DNA from: Verrucomicrobiales bacterium
GTDB lineage: Bacteria; Verrucomicrobiota; Verrucomicrobiia; Verrucomicrobiales; SLCJ01
Assembly: GCA_046075565.1 (NCBI GenBank)
Contig: JBJTQJ010000119.1
Location: forward strand, 1-64,000
Direction of reading: 5' to 3'
Length of the DNA: 64,000 nt
The translations under genes were made by a program, and so were the position numbers. Under the pieces are notes generated by a model that had not been told where the DNA came from, searched no databases, and saw only the letters and a list, made by a program, of their open reading frames with translations. Numbering within the stretch: position 1 is the stretch's first letter; each line of letters begins with the position of its first letter. Positions 38,274 through 47,638 of this stretch are shown piece after piece.

Positions 38274-39713
38274 ATGGACACCTTCTTTTCCATCCTCCGA
38301 TTTCTCGGCACCCTGCTCGAGGTCATCCTGCTTTTTAACATCCTCATCGTCGTGCACGAACTCGGCCACTACTGGGCGGCCAAGTGGCGCGGACTGAAGG
38401 TCGAGAAATTCCAAATCTGGTTCGGCCCGACGATTTGGAAAAAGACCATCAATGGCGTGCAATGGGGGCTTGGTTCCATTCCGGCGGGCGGCTTCGTGGC
38501 GCTGCCGCAGATGGCGCCCATGGACAGCATCGAGGGGAAAACGCCGAAAGGCAACGAGCGCAAGCCATTGCCTCCCATCACCCCGACGGACAAAATCATC
38601 GTCGCTTTCGCCGGTCCGCTTTTCAGTTTCCTCCTCGCGATTTTCTTCGCCCTCATCGTTTGGAAAGTGGGACGTCCCGTGCATTCCACCGAGGCGTCGA
38701 CGGTCATCGGTCATGTGTCCGAAGAAATGCCCGCCCACGCGGCCGGGATCAAGGTCGGCGACCGTGTGCTCAGCATCAACGGCACGCCCATCCAGTCGTT
38801 CTTCGGCCTCACCAATAGCATCATCAGCTCCGTCGCCCTCAGCGAAACCGACACGCTTGAAGTCATCGTCGAACGCCCCGGCGTGGCCGAGCCCATCAAA
38901 TTCAACATCGCACCGCAGGCGGCGGTGAAAGGCGGGGCATTCGATCGCGGCAGCACGCGCAAACTAGGCATCGGTCCCGGATGGCCGACCGTCGTCGGTG
39001 CCATCCTGCCCGGCAGTCCGGCGGAGAAGGCGGGATTCAAGCCCGGCGATCGTATCCTGACCGTCAAAGGACAACCCATCATCATTGGCCAGCAACTAAC
39101 CTCCATCGCTAGTGAAACCCCGGGCCAAGCGGTTCCTGTCGAAATCGATCGCCCTGGATCCGGACGTTTGAACCTCGAGGTTGCCGCGGTCAAACCCGTG
39201 GAACCCAAGGAGTGGAAAGACGGGCCGACCACCGGCATCCAGTGGAAATCCGAAATTGCCATCGTCCACCAGAATCCCGTCGAGCAACTCAAGAAATCCG
39301 CCCTCACCATCTACACCACGCTGCGGGCGCTCTTCTCGAAGGACTCCGATATCTCCGTCAAACACTTGAGCGGACCCATCGGCATCGGTGGTGCCTTCTA
39401 CGACATGCTGAGCATCGAACATGGCTGGCGTCTCGCCCTTTGGTTTGCCGTCGTCGTGAACGTGAACCTCGCCATCCTGAATTTGATGCCCCTGCCTATC
39501 CTCGATGGTGGTCACATCGTGCTCGCCCTGCTCGAGAAAATCCGCGGTCGCGCGGTCAGCCTCAAACCCCTCGAATACATCCAGACCGGCTTCGCCCTCC
39601 TGCTGCTCAGCTTCATGTTTTACGTGACCATCATTGATGTCGGGGATCGTTGGCGCATGAACAAGGAAGGTAAGGCACCAGAGCCCAAGATTGTTTTCCC
39701 CGAAGGCAACTGA
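38274..39713 (+). CDS. rseP: RIP metalloprotease RseP
   Basis: HELGH, two PDZ domains, NLMPLPILDGGH. Confidence 0.95.
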   Translation: MDTFFSILRFLGTLLEVILLFNILIVVHELGHYWAAKWRGLKVEKFQIWFGPTIWKKTINGVQWGLGSIPAGGFVALPQMAPMDSIEGKTPKGNERKPLPPITPTDKIIVAFAGPLFSFLLAIFFALIVWKVGRPVHSTEASTVIGHVSEEMPAHAAGIKVGDRVLSINGTPIQSFFGLTNSIISSVALSETDTLEVIVERPGVAEPIKFNIAPQAAVKGGAFDRGSTRKLGIGPGWPTVVGAILPGSPAEKAGFKPGDRILTVKGQPIIIGQQLTSIASETPGQAVPVEIDRPGSGRLNLEVAAVKPVEPKEWKDGPTTGIQWKSEIAIVHQNPVEQLKKSALTIYTTLRALFSKDSDISVKHLSGPIGIGGAFYDMLSIEHGWRLALWFAVVVNVNLAILNLMPLPILDGGHIVLALLEKIRGRAVSLKPLEYIQTGFALLLLSFMFYVTIIDVGDRWRMNKEGKAPEPKIVFPEGN

Positions 39714-39746
39714 TCCCGACTCCGGAAACAAACCATATTGAGCACG

Positions 39747-41525
39747 ATGCGCCCGCCCTGGATTGACGCCTACGCCCGCCGCCGCCGCCGCACCCGCGAG
39801 GTGCAGGTAGGAAACGTGGTTATCGGAGGCGATCATCCCGTGCGCGTGCAGTCGATGATCACCACCGACACCCTCGATACGGCGGCCAGCATCGCGGCCA
39901 CGTTGTCGCTCGCGCAAGCCGGCAGTGAAATCGTGCGTATCACCGCGCAGACCGCCCGCCACGCCGCCAATCTCGAACACATCGTTGCGGGCGTGCGCGC
40001 CGCTGGATGCGACGTGCCCATCGTCGCCGATATTCATTTCAAACCCGATGCCGCCATGGAAGCGGTGAAGTGGGTCGATAAAGTGCGCGTGAATCCCGGC
40101 AACTACGCCGACAAGAAGAAGTTCGCGGTCATCGAATACACCGACGAGGAATACGCCGCCGAACTCGCGCGCATCGAGGAGGCATTTGTGCCGCTCGTGA
40201 TCGAATGCAAGGCCCGTGACAAAGCCATGCGCATCGGCACCAACCATGGTTCGCTCAGCGACCGCATCATGAACCGATACGGCGACACGCCGCTTGGCAT
40301 GGTCGAAAGCGCCCTTGAGTTCGCCCGTATCGCCAGGGCGAACGACTACCACAATTTCCTCTTCTCCATGAAGGCCTCCAACCCGAAGGTGATGATCGAG
40401 GCCTACCGCCTTCTGGTTGCCCGCCTCGAGGCGGAAGGTCCGGACTGGAACTACCCCATCCACCTCGGCGTCACCGAAGCTGGAGATGGCGAGGACGGCC
40501 GCATCAAGAGCGCCGTCGGGATCGGTGCTCTGTTATTGGACGGCATCGGCGACACCATCCGCGTCTCGCTGACCGAGGATGCCGAATACGAGATTCCCGT
40601 CTGCAAGACCGTGGTCGCGCGATTTGAAAAACCCGAGCCGCCTGCTTCCGATCCCACTTGGCCCGCACCCGCGTTTGATCCATACGACTACCGTCGGCGT
40701 GCTACCAGCGTCCAGACAATCCAGGGTCATGAACTCGGTGGCGACCGCCCGCCTCGGGTCTTCGTCCCACGTCGCGTCTGGGATGCTGTTGCCCACAAAC
40801 TCGACAAGCTCGGAGATTTCCGGCCTGAAATCATCATGGAAGCTTCGGGTGTGCACGAGATCGATCCGCGTGAACCGATCATGGTGAACGCACTCAACGC
40901 GCACCCTCATCCGGTCGTCGCCACCGTCGCCGATGGTATCCCCATGGACACGGTCGCGGCTTTCCGCCTGCTCGCCGCGCGTCTGGACGAACGCCACGCC
41001 ATTCTGCTCAAGGATACCTTATCTCCACCGGCGCCGGAGACGGTCGTTGACTTCAACGATGCCCTTCTTGAAGCCGCCACCAATCTCGGCGCGTTGATTT
41101 GTGATGGTATCGGCGATGCCATTTTGGTCCGCAGCGAGACCGCACCCGGACAATCGCTGCGCCTCGCCTACAACATTCTTCAGGGAGCTGGGGCGCGTAT
41201 TTTCAAAACAGATTATGTCGCCTGTCCGAGCTGCGGACGCACCCTCTTCAACTTGCAAACCACGACGCAAAAAATCCGTGCCGCCACCGGTCATCTCAAG
41301 GGTGTTCGGATCGCGATCATGGGATGTATCGTCAATGGTCCCGGTGAAATGGCCGATGCCGACTTCGGTTACGTCGGTGGCGCTCCCGCCAAGATCAATC
41401 TTTATGTCGGCAAAACCGCCGTGCAATTCAACATCCCGGAAGATCAAGCCGTGGATCGATTGATCGACCTCATCAAATCGCACGACCGGTGGGTGGAACC
41501 ACCGCCTGTGCCCGCCGAAGCGTGA
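39747..41525 (+). CDS. ispG: HMBPP synthase IspG (long, insertion-containing type)
   Basis: VQSM, VADIHF, RVNPGN, RIGTNHGSLS, HLGVTEAG, ACPSCGRT, MGCIVNGPGE. Confidence 0.96.
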   Translation: MRPPWIDAYARRRRRTREVQVGNVVIGGDHPVRVQSMITTDTLDTAASIAATLSLAQAGSEIVRITAQTARHAANLEHIVAGVRAAGCDVPIVADIHFKPDAAMEAVKWVDKVRVNPGNYADKKKFAVIEYTDEEYAAELARIEEAFVPLVIECKARDKAMRIGTNHGSLSDRIMNRYGDTPLGMVESALEFARIARANDYHNFLFSMKASNPKVMIEAYRLLVARLEAEGPDWNYPIHLGVTEAGDGEDGRIKSAVGIGALLLDGIGDTIRVSLTEDAEYEIPVCKTVVARFEKPEPPASDPTWPAPAFDPYDYRRRATSVQTIQGHELGGDRPPRVFVPRRVWDAVAHKLDKLGDFRPEIIMEASGVHEIDPREPIMVNALNAHPHPVVATVADGIPMDTVAAFRLLAARLDERHAILLKDTLSPPAPETVVDFNDALLEAATNLGALICDGIGDAILVRSETAPGQSLRLAYNILQGAGARIFKTDYVACPSCGRTLFNLQTTTQKIRAATGHLKGVRIAIMGCIVNGPGEMADADFGYVGGAPAKINLYVGKTAVQFNIPEDQAVDRLIDLIKSHDRWVEPPPVPAEA

Positions 41526-42271
41526 CCGCTTCTCTGCTGCCTCCCGTCCTTGCCGTTCCCGGTGCCGTCTCCGGCCCGGCGCCACTCGCCGCCGCCCTCG
41601 AGGAAATTTTTCCCGGCCGGGAAATCCACGTGATCGACCCCCTGGCTTTTGCTGTTGGCGATGAGGTGAATTTCAGCACATGGACACGGGACTTTCTCGA
41701 CGCCATTCCGAAAGGATCGCCCGCCTTGTTATTCGGATATTCCATGGGAGCACGGCTTGCTCTCCATGCCTTGCGCGCTGATCCCTCGCGCTGGGTTTCT
41801 GCGGTCCTGGTGTCCGGTCATCCCGGTCTTGCCAATGCGGAAGAAAAAGCCGCGCGTGCTCGTGAAGATGAAACCTGGGTCCGTCGCGCGGAATCCGATC
41901 CTTGGTCCCAGTTTCTTGCCGAGTGGGAGGCCCGACCGGTCTTCCAAACCGGCATTCCACCCCGCGATTGGAAGCCAAGCCTGGCCCGGAGTTGGGAAGA
42001 AGATCGGCTCGCCCTTGAGGCCCGCCGGGCCGTCGTTGCTAGTTCGCTGCGCGCTTGGTCGCTCGGACAGCAGGGCGACTTCCATTCCTTCCTTTCCCAA
42101 TGCTCCGTGCCCATCACGTGGGTCACCGGGGCGCTCGACGAAAAATTCACCCGGCTCGGTCGCGAATTAGCCGCCACTTGCCCATGCATCACCCACACCA
42201 TCGTGCCCGGAGTCGGTCATCGGGTGCCGTGGGAAGACACAAATGGCGCTTGCCTTGGGAGTGTCTCCTGA
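41522..42271 (+). CDS. menH: MenH-like alpha/beta hydrolase
   Basis: GYSMGARLAL, GHPGL, RAREDETW, W..RPVF, GALDEKF, GVGHRV; GTGA overlap with ispG. Confidence 0.7.
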   Translation: MTASLLPPVLAVPGAVSGPAPLAAALEEIFPGREIHVIDPLAFAVGDEVNFSTWTRDFLDAIPKGSPALLFGYSMGARLALHALRADPSRWVSAVLVSGHPGLANAEEKAARAREDETWVRRAESDPWSQFLAEWEARPVFQTGIPPRDWKPSLARSWEEDRLALEARRAVVASSLRAWSLGQQGDFHSFLSQCSVPITWVTGALDEKFTRLGRELAATCPCITHTIVPGVGHRVPWEDTNGACLGSVS

Positions 42272-42325
42272 ATCTCGCCGTGAACGAACCCAAAGAAGAC
42301 GTCGCTCGCATCGGCGGTGAGGAGG

Positions 42326-45277
42326 TCACTTCCACGTGCCGGTTGCTCGCATGGGAGAATGCAGCGTCACGGGGCCAAGCAGTCCGGAGGGAAGAAGGGG
42401 AGATTTGGGATTGAATTTCCCCAGGATATTGGTGCGGGTGACGCGATCCTCCGGCTTGGCATTGAGGTCACCGACGATGCGGTTGTTCCACGTGTTGACG
42501 ACGGTGATCTCAAGTTGGTTTTGACCCGGCTTCACGAACGGAGCGATGTCGATGCGGCGTGGTTCTTTCCAGAGAATCCCGGCTTGTTTGCCATTCACGG
42601 CCACCACGGCGACCTCCTTGACTGTGCCCAGATCGAGAAAAAGTGGTTCACCTTTGGCGAATGTATCGAGAGTGATTGTCCGGTGATACGTCGCGCCACT
42701 GGAGAAATACTTGACCCCGGGATTCGCATTCCGGGTCCAGTCTTCGAGCGTCTCCATGATGATGGATTCCGGAGCCCCCCGCTCCTTGGGGAATGTGATC
42801 TTCCATGGACCATCGATCCTCCGTGGTTCAGGGACATCGCGAACGACCAATGATCCCTTGCGCCCGAAGAAGGTGGTGATTTCCCATGTGCCTGTTCGCC
42901 AAGCGCGGGCGGTCAGTTGCTTGTCGTCGATGGAAAGCAATTCCAGGCGCGGAGAAGCTTTGGCCGGCGAGGAAGCTTTGATTTCCACCACATGTTCGCT
43001 CTTTTCGTCGGGACCGAAAACCACGAAGATCGAGGAGGCGGGCGCGAGGTCGAGGGTGACCCAAGTGAAGCCATCTTTGGTCTCATATGCCAGACAGGGT
43101 TTCACGCTTCCATCCTCCGCAATCCAGAAGCTGGGGACGCGGTTCACGCCCGCGCGGAAGCGACAACGCACGCTCTGGTGTTCGAGGGAGCTGTTGGATA
43201 CAAAGTAAATGTCTTCGGTTTCGGTCGCGCGGTGAATGTAGTCGATGATGTGTCCGCTATTGTCGATGCCTTCCGGCACGAAGTCGCGCTCCACACCCAT
43301 GTTCGCCAGCACTCGCCCGAGCGGGAAATTCCAGACGATTTTGCCTTTGCCATGGTTTCGGGTTTTTACCTTTTCTCCATCACAGTCTCCCCAGATCCGG
43401 TCGGCGAGTTCTCGGACTTCTTGATCGCATTCGGGATACCCGCGCAGGCTGTTCGAGCGCTCGGGTTTTGGTCCGATGATGGTGGCACCGGCTTCGATGA
43501 ACTCGCCGAGTTTCTTGAGCAAGGAAGGTGAAATGGTTTTCCTGTCGGGCAAGACCATCATGCGGTAACGAATGCCATTCGGCAGAACGAGTTTTCCATC
43601 CTCTACTGTCATGCGGGTTAGAATCACTTCCTCGTTGAGGTAGTCGTAGTCATATCCCTCGCCGAGCGAGTCGAGGTTCACCGGCTTCAGTCGCCCGCAA
43701 TGGGCGCATTTGTCATCGGGCCATTGGGACTTGATCGTCGGGGCAATCCGGCGTGCGGGGACGAGGTTGGGGGCTTCGTCGCCATAATAAACGCAGATAT
43801 CCGCCACGAATTTTCCCTGCTGCAGCAAGTGGCAGGCGCGCGACATGTCTTCGAGCATCGGTCCGGCCTGTTTCCACCAGGTGTTGTTCACGTTGAAATG
43901 TTCGCCCGCGTGGTAGGCGTTGCCAGGGAGTCCGGCGGAAGGGGGGTTGTGCGAAAACGTGTGAAAGTAAACCTGGTTGAGGCCGGCGCAGAGCGCGATG
44001 TCCAGAAGGCGTTTGTAGGCGGAGGGGCCATCCTGCCAGTTCTGCCAACCGGTGAACGATTCGGCGGCCACGAACTTCCTGTCGTAGATGTTGGCGGCGC
44101 TGGCGGCTTCCTTGGTTACCCAGTTCTTCCTATGGTTCCAGAATTCGCCCATGGGAATATCGGCCGCGCCGAGGGCCTTGAGCGGATCAACACGCGGATG
44201 ACCGCCATGCCCACCTTCGGCGAGCAATTGCAGGCCGCGTTGGTTGAGTAATTCGCGGCAGCGCGCGAAGTGGTTGTCCACCATGAGGTCGCTGACCATT
44301 TTCCTGTAGTCGTGCTCGAAGCGTGCGCTCAACTCCTTGTCGGCGACCGTCCATCCGGCGAGCACCGGCAGCCATGGCACGGGATCGTAGCCATTGCGTT
44401 TGGTGAACTCCGAGACAAAGTCCGGCGTCCAATCGATTCCAGGGCGGACCTCGTAACTGTCCAGCATCAGCCTCTTCATGGGGCCGTAGTCCTGACGACT
44501 CTCCTTGAGTTTGTCGAGGATATGGACCAAATAGGAATCGGTAGCCTCCTTGCTCAGGTGGTCGATGACCAATCCTTTGGAATTCGGGCTCGGGCAGTTG
44601 AGAAACTCGCCGGTGTTGTTGCGGACGAAGCGCAGGATGCGCCACGCTCCGGCGGGCACATCCCATTGCAACATGCCACCAGTGCTCATACTGGAATCAA
44701 GGCGAATCGGGGTTGTCGCCGAGGCGACGGTTTTCGCGGAATCGTCCGGCACGGCCAGCACCGCCACATCCTCATGGTGTTCGGTGGTTTTCTCCGGCAG
44801 GGGAAGTGGCCCGGAAAACGAGCGCGGGCCATCGACCTTCAGCTCGCTGATCAGCAAAGCCTTGCTGCCGTCCTTTGGGGTGATCCAGGTGCCGCCCGCG
44901 TTCCAACTGCTGGAAGCGAACAGGCCGAGTTCAAGTCCGAGGCGCGCGGCCTCGTCCATGGCATGATGGATGGCCTTGAGCGATTCCGGCCCGAGGAATT
45001 GCGGTCCCGCGGGGATCATGTGGTCCGGATTGATGAGGCTGCCGACATCCCAGATGATGGCGCCACGCATGCCATTGGCTTTCATTTCCTCCAGCTCGCG
45101 GGTGATCTGCTTGTGATCCACATGACCATTGAGCCATGACCACAAGCATGACGGGCGTGCCTGAAGTGGTGGGTTGCGGAATTCCTCGCGCGAGAGCTGG
45201 GCGGAGAGCGGAAGAGGCGAGAAAAGGGTGGCCGAAACCGACAGGATCGCGGCAAGTGGCAAATGAAGTGATCTCAT
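42326..45277 (-). CDS. GH106 alpha-L-rhamnosidase-like glycoside hydrolase
   Basis: Signal peptide; FRNPP..ARP..W.WLNG, LDSYE, PMGEFW, AAESFT, C-terminal PSGLLGPV. Confidence 0.85.
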   Translation of the reverse strand: MRSLHLPLAAILSVSATLFSPLPLSAQLSREEFRNPPLQARPSCLWSWLNGHVDHKQITRELEEMKANGMRGAIIWDVGSLINPDHMIPAGPQFLGPESLKAIHHAMDEAARLGLELGLFASSSWNAGGTWITPKDGSKALLISELKVDGPRSFSGPLPLPEKTTEHHEDVAVLAVPDDSAKTVASATTPIRLDSSMSTGGMLQWDVPAGAWRILRFVRNNTGEFLNCPSPNSKGLVIDHLSKEATDSYLVHILDKLKESRQDYGPMKRLMLDSYEVRPGIDWTPDFVSEFTKRNGYDPVPWLPVLAGWTVADKELSARFEHDYRKMVSDLMVDNHFARCRELLNQRGLQLLAEGGHGGHPRVDPLKALGAADIPMGEFWNHRKNWVTKEAASAANIYDRKFVAAESFTGWQNWQDGPSAYKRLLDIALCAGLNQVYFHTFSHNPPSAGLPGNAYHAGEHFNVNNTWWKQAGPMLEDMSRACHLLQQGKFVADICVYYGDEAPNLVPARRIAPTIKSQWPDDKCAHCGRLKPVNLDSLGEGYDYDYLNEEVILTRMTVEDGKLVLPNGIRYRMMVLPDRKTISPSLLKKLGEFIEAGATIIGPKPERSNSLRGYPECDQEVRELADRIWGDCDGEKVKTRNHGKGKIVWNFPLGRVLANMGVERDFVPEGIDNSGHIIDYIHRATETEDIYFVSNSSLEHQSVRCRFRAGVNRVPSFWIAEDGSVKPCLAYETKDGFTWVTLDLAPASSIFVVFGPDEKSEHVVEIKASSPAKASPRLELLSIDDKQLTARAWRTGTWEITTFFGRKGSLVVRDVPEPRRIDGPWKITFPKERGAPESIIMETLEDWTRNANPGVKYFSSGATYHRTITLDTFAKGEPLFLDLGTVKEVAVVAVNGKQAGILWKEPRRIDIAPFVKPGQNQLEITVVNTWNNRIVGDLNAKPEDRVTRTNILGKFNPKSPLLPSGLLGPVTLHSPMRATGTWK

Positions 45278-45390
45278 GGGACGGACGCTCGGGAATACTG
45301 GAGCATCGGGAAAAATACAAGCGGGCACCGGCGATTCCTTCGCAACATCCCGGTTGCCAGCTCCGCTGATTTGGCGCTAGCCCGCGAGCC

Positions 45391-46266
45391 TCACTGCTTT
45401 TGCGGAGCATCCTCCACCGGCCACACTTTGCCCGACATCTCCCGCCAAGCCTTCATCGAGCGCCCCAGATTGCTTTTGGCATCGCCGCCAATCCCAAAAT
45501 GTTGTAGTCCGATCGGCCCCTTCCAATTGAGTTCGGCGAGTTTGGCCAGCACTTTTCCGACATCGTAAGTGCCTGTATCCAAGGGCTGGATCAACTTCTT
45601 CCAGTCTTTGCCGTCTTCATCCGCACCGTTGATCGTGACTATGGTGAGATAAGGCAGCGCCTCACGCAACCGGGCATCGAGGTCGTTGCCCTCGACCTTG
45701 AGCCAATGGCAAAGGTTGAAGGTGACGCCGAAGTTCTTGCGCTCGACCTGACGGGCCAGCCGCACGCAATGATCGAAGCGTTCGAGCCAATCGGAGAAAT
45801 GGGGATAGAGCGAAATACGAACCCCGGCCTGCGCGGCGAGATCGGCCACTTCGCGGAGAATGGGCACCGCCTTGGCATCGCCGGCGGGGTCCGAGGGCGG
45901 CTGGGCTTTGGATTTCACAAACAGCCAGATCACCGCATCCCGGTCGCGAAGTTGCTCGATGGCATTGCGGATGGCGGGGCCGATCGGCTCGGGCGAGTCG
46001 ATGTCCAGCGGCACATAGAGGGCGAACATCTTGAGCTTGTGCCTGTCGAGTGCGGCAATAACTTCGCGCAAGTCCTCCGGGCCGCGATAGGTCGGGCCGA
46101 GGCCGGCGAAGCCGAGCTCTTTGACAAGGGCGACCTGCTCTTCGGCCGTCTTGTGGGCGGCATCCCGCGTTCCGGTATCCATGGCGAAAAATTCGGGAGT
46201 GGTAGCCCGTGCCATGATGAGCGAACCAGCGAGAGCAAGGAGGGTGGCGATGACTTGTCGTTTCAT
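45391..46266 (-). CDS. Secreted xylose-isomerase-like TIM barrel (AP_endonuc_2 family)
   Basis: Signal peptide; ELGFAG, SLYPH, GVTFNLCHW, PLDTGTYD, WKGPIGLQ. Confidence 0.78.
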   Translation of the reverse strand: MKRQVIATLLALAGSLIMARATTPEFFAMDTGTRDAAHKTAEEQVALVKELGFAGLGPTYRGPEDLREVIAALDRHKLKMFALYVPLDIDSPEPIGPAIRNAIEQLRDRDAVIWLFVKSKAQPPSDPAGDAKAVPILREVADLAAQAGVRISLYPHFSDWLERFDHCVRLARQVERKNFGVTFNLCHWLKVEGNDLDARLREALPYLTIVTINGADEDGKDWKKLIQPLDTGTYDVGKVLAKLAELNWKGPIGLQHFGIGGDAKSNLGRSMKAWREMSGKVWPVEDAPQKQ

Positions 46267-47531
46267 GCTTTTAGTTCAGTTAGATCCACTTCCAATTTTC
46301 TATTTTCCCTGAGCAATTTTTCCATAGTCAATGTGATGTTTCGCGCGGCGGCCTCCCGGCCGAGGATGCAAGTTAGGCAACCATCTACGGAACGGCGGAC
46401 GGTTTCGTTGGAAAAGCCACCATCAGTGACCTGTTGGTAAAACGTGGCGATGTTCCGGACCGCACCATTCTTATAAAGGTTATCGACGGGCCCTCCTTTG
46501 AATCTCAGCGGCCCGTCCCCGTGCAAATAGGCCTCTTTGTAGTAGTCCACTTGCGCGAGGTTTTTTGAACCATAAGCGACCGCCTTGATTGCGCCGGGAG
46601 TTGCGTTCGCAAGTCCTTGGCCAAAGTGGTTGTGCACCACGCCATTCGCATAGCTGAAAACAACAGAACAAACGTCGTGCGCATCTCCATTGGGATTCGG
46701 CCGCCCGATCCTCGAGTTTCCGTAGGCTTTGATCGGCCGTTCTCCAATCAGCCAGAGCGCGGCATCGATGGCATGGATATCGAAGTTGCCGATGTAGTCG
46801 CAACCAAGGGCGATGTCGTTGACCCAGACCAACCCGGTGAGGCGGCTTTCCAGGTTGGGACCTCGCGGAGGGTCGGCGAATCCCCCGCAGATCCCGGTTG
46901 ATTGGACATGTTGCAATGGACCGAACGCGGGATCGCGAACCCGTTTCACCACCTCGATATTCATTGGATCGGTGGGTATCTGATAATCCACGAGAAAGAC
47001 CTTCTTTTGTTTTGTTGCCTCCGCGGCGGCGGCCTCGATGGCGAGGCAACCGGGCACGTCCACTGCCACCGGTTTGGCCATGAATACGTGCAGTCCTGCG
47101 GCCACGGCGGCGGCGGCGTGTTCCGGGAAAAAGTAAGGCGGGGTCTCGAGCAGAACCGCTTCCACCCCGCTTTCAATGACCTTGCGAAATCCCGATAATC
47201 CGGAAAAGCAGCGTGCCTTGTCCACGCCCAGCGAAGCTCCGGCTTTTTCCGCCACGGGCTGGAAATAATCCGCGACCGCATGGAATTCATATCCACCATG
47301 TTCCTTGAAAAGATTGGCAATCCATGAACCGCGACCACCGGCACCGATTAGACCAATCTTGATTTGGCGCCGGTTGGCGGAGGAGTCCTGCGCGTGCAGC
47401 CCTCGGGCAGAAATGGCGGCGGTGGCAGTGGCGAGGAGGAAAGCCCGCCGCGAGCGTGAAGCAGTTGATGAAGCCGCTGGTGTGACTTCGTTGCCGGGCA
47501 GGCCATCGGTTGGGGCGGAAAAGGGATCCAT
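46263..47531 (-). CDS. Tat-exported Gfo/Idh/MocA oxidoreductase
   Basis: SRRAFL twin-arginine motif; IGLIGAGGRG, TPPYFFPEH, MAKP, IHAID. Confidence 0.88.
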   Translation of the reverse strand: MDPFSAPTDGLPGNEVTPAASSTASRSRRAFLLATATAAISARGLHAQDSSANRRQIKIGLIGAGGRGSWIANLFKEHGGYEFHAVADYFQPVAEKAGASLGVDKARCFSGLSGFRKVIESGVEAVLLETPPYFFPEHAAAAVAAGLHVFMAKPVAVDVPGCLAIEAAAAEATKQKKVFLVDYQIPTDPMNIEVVKRVRDPAFGPLQHVQSTGICGGFADPPRGPNLESRLTGLVWVNDIALGCDYIGNFDIHAIDAALWLIGERPIKAYGNSRIGRPNPNGDAHDVCSVVFSYANGVVHNHFGQGLANATPGAIKAVAYGSKNLAQVDYYKEAYLHGDGPLRFKGGPVDNLYKNGAVRNIATFYQQVTDGGFSNETVRRSVDGCLTCILGREAAARNITLTMEKLLRENRKLEVDLTELKA

Positions 47532-47638
47532 TCTGGTAGAGGAATGATGTGGAAATGGCGGCAATCTGCAAAGCGTGCTAGACTGGCATCGTTTTAGAAA
47601 ACGCCGCCAAGTCCTACCATCTTTCCCCCGTGCCCGCC

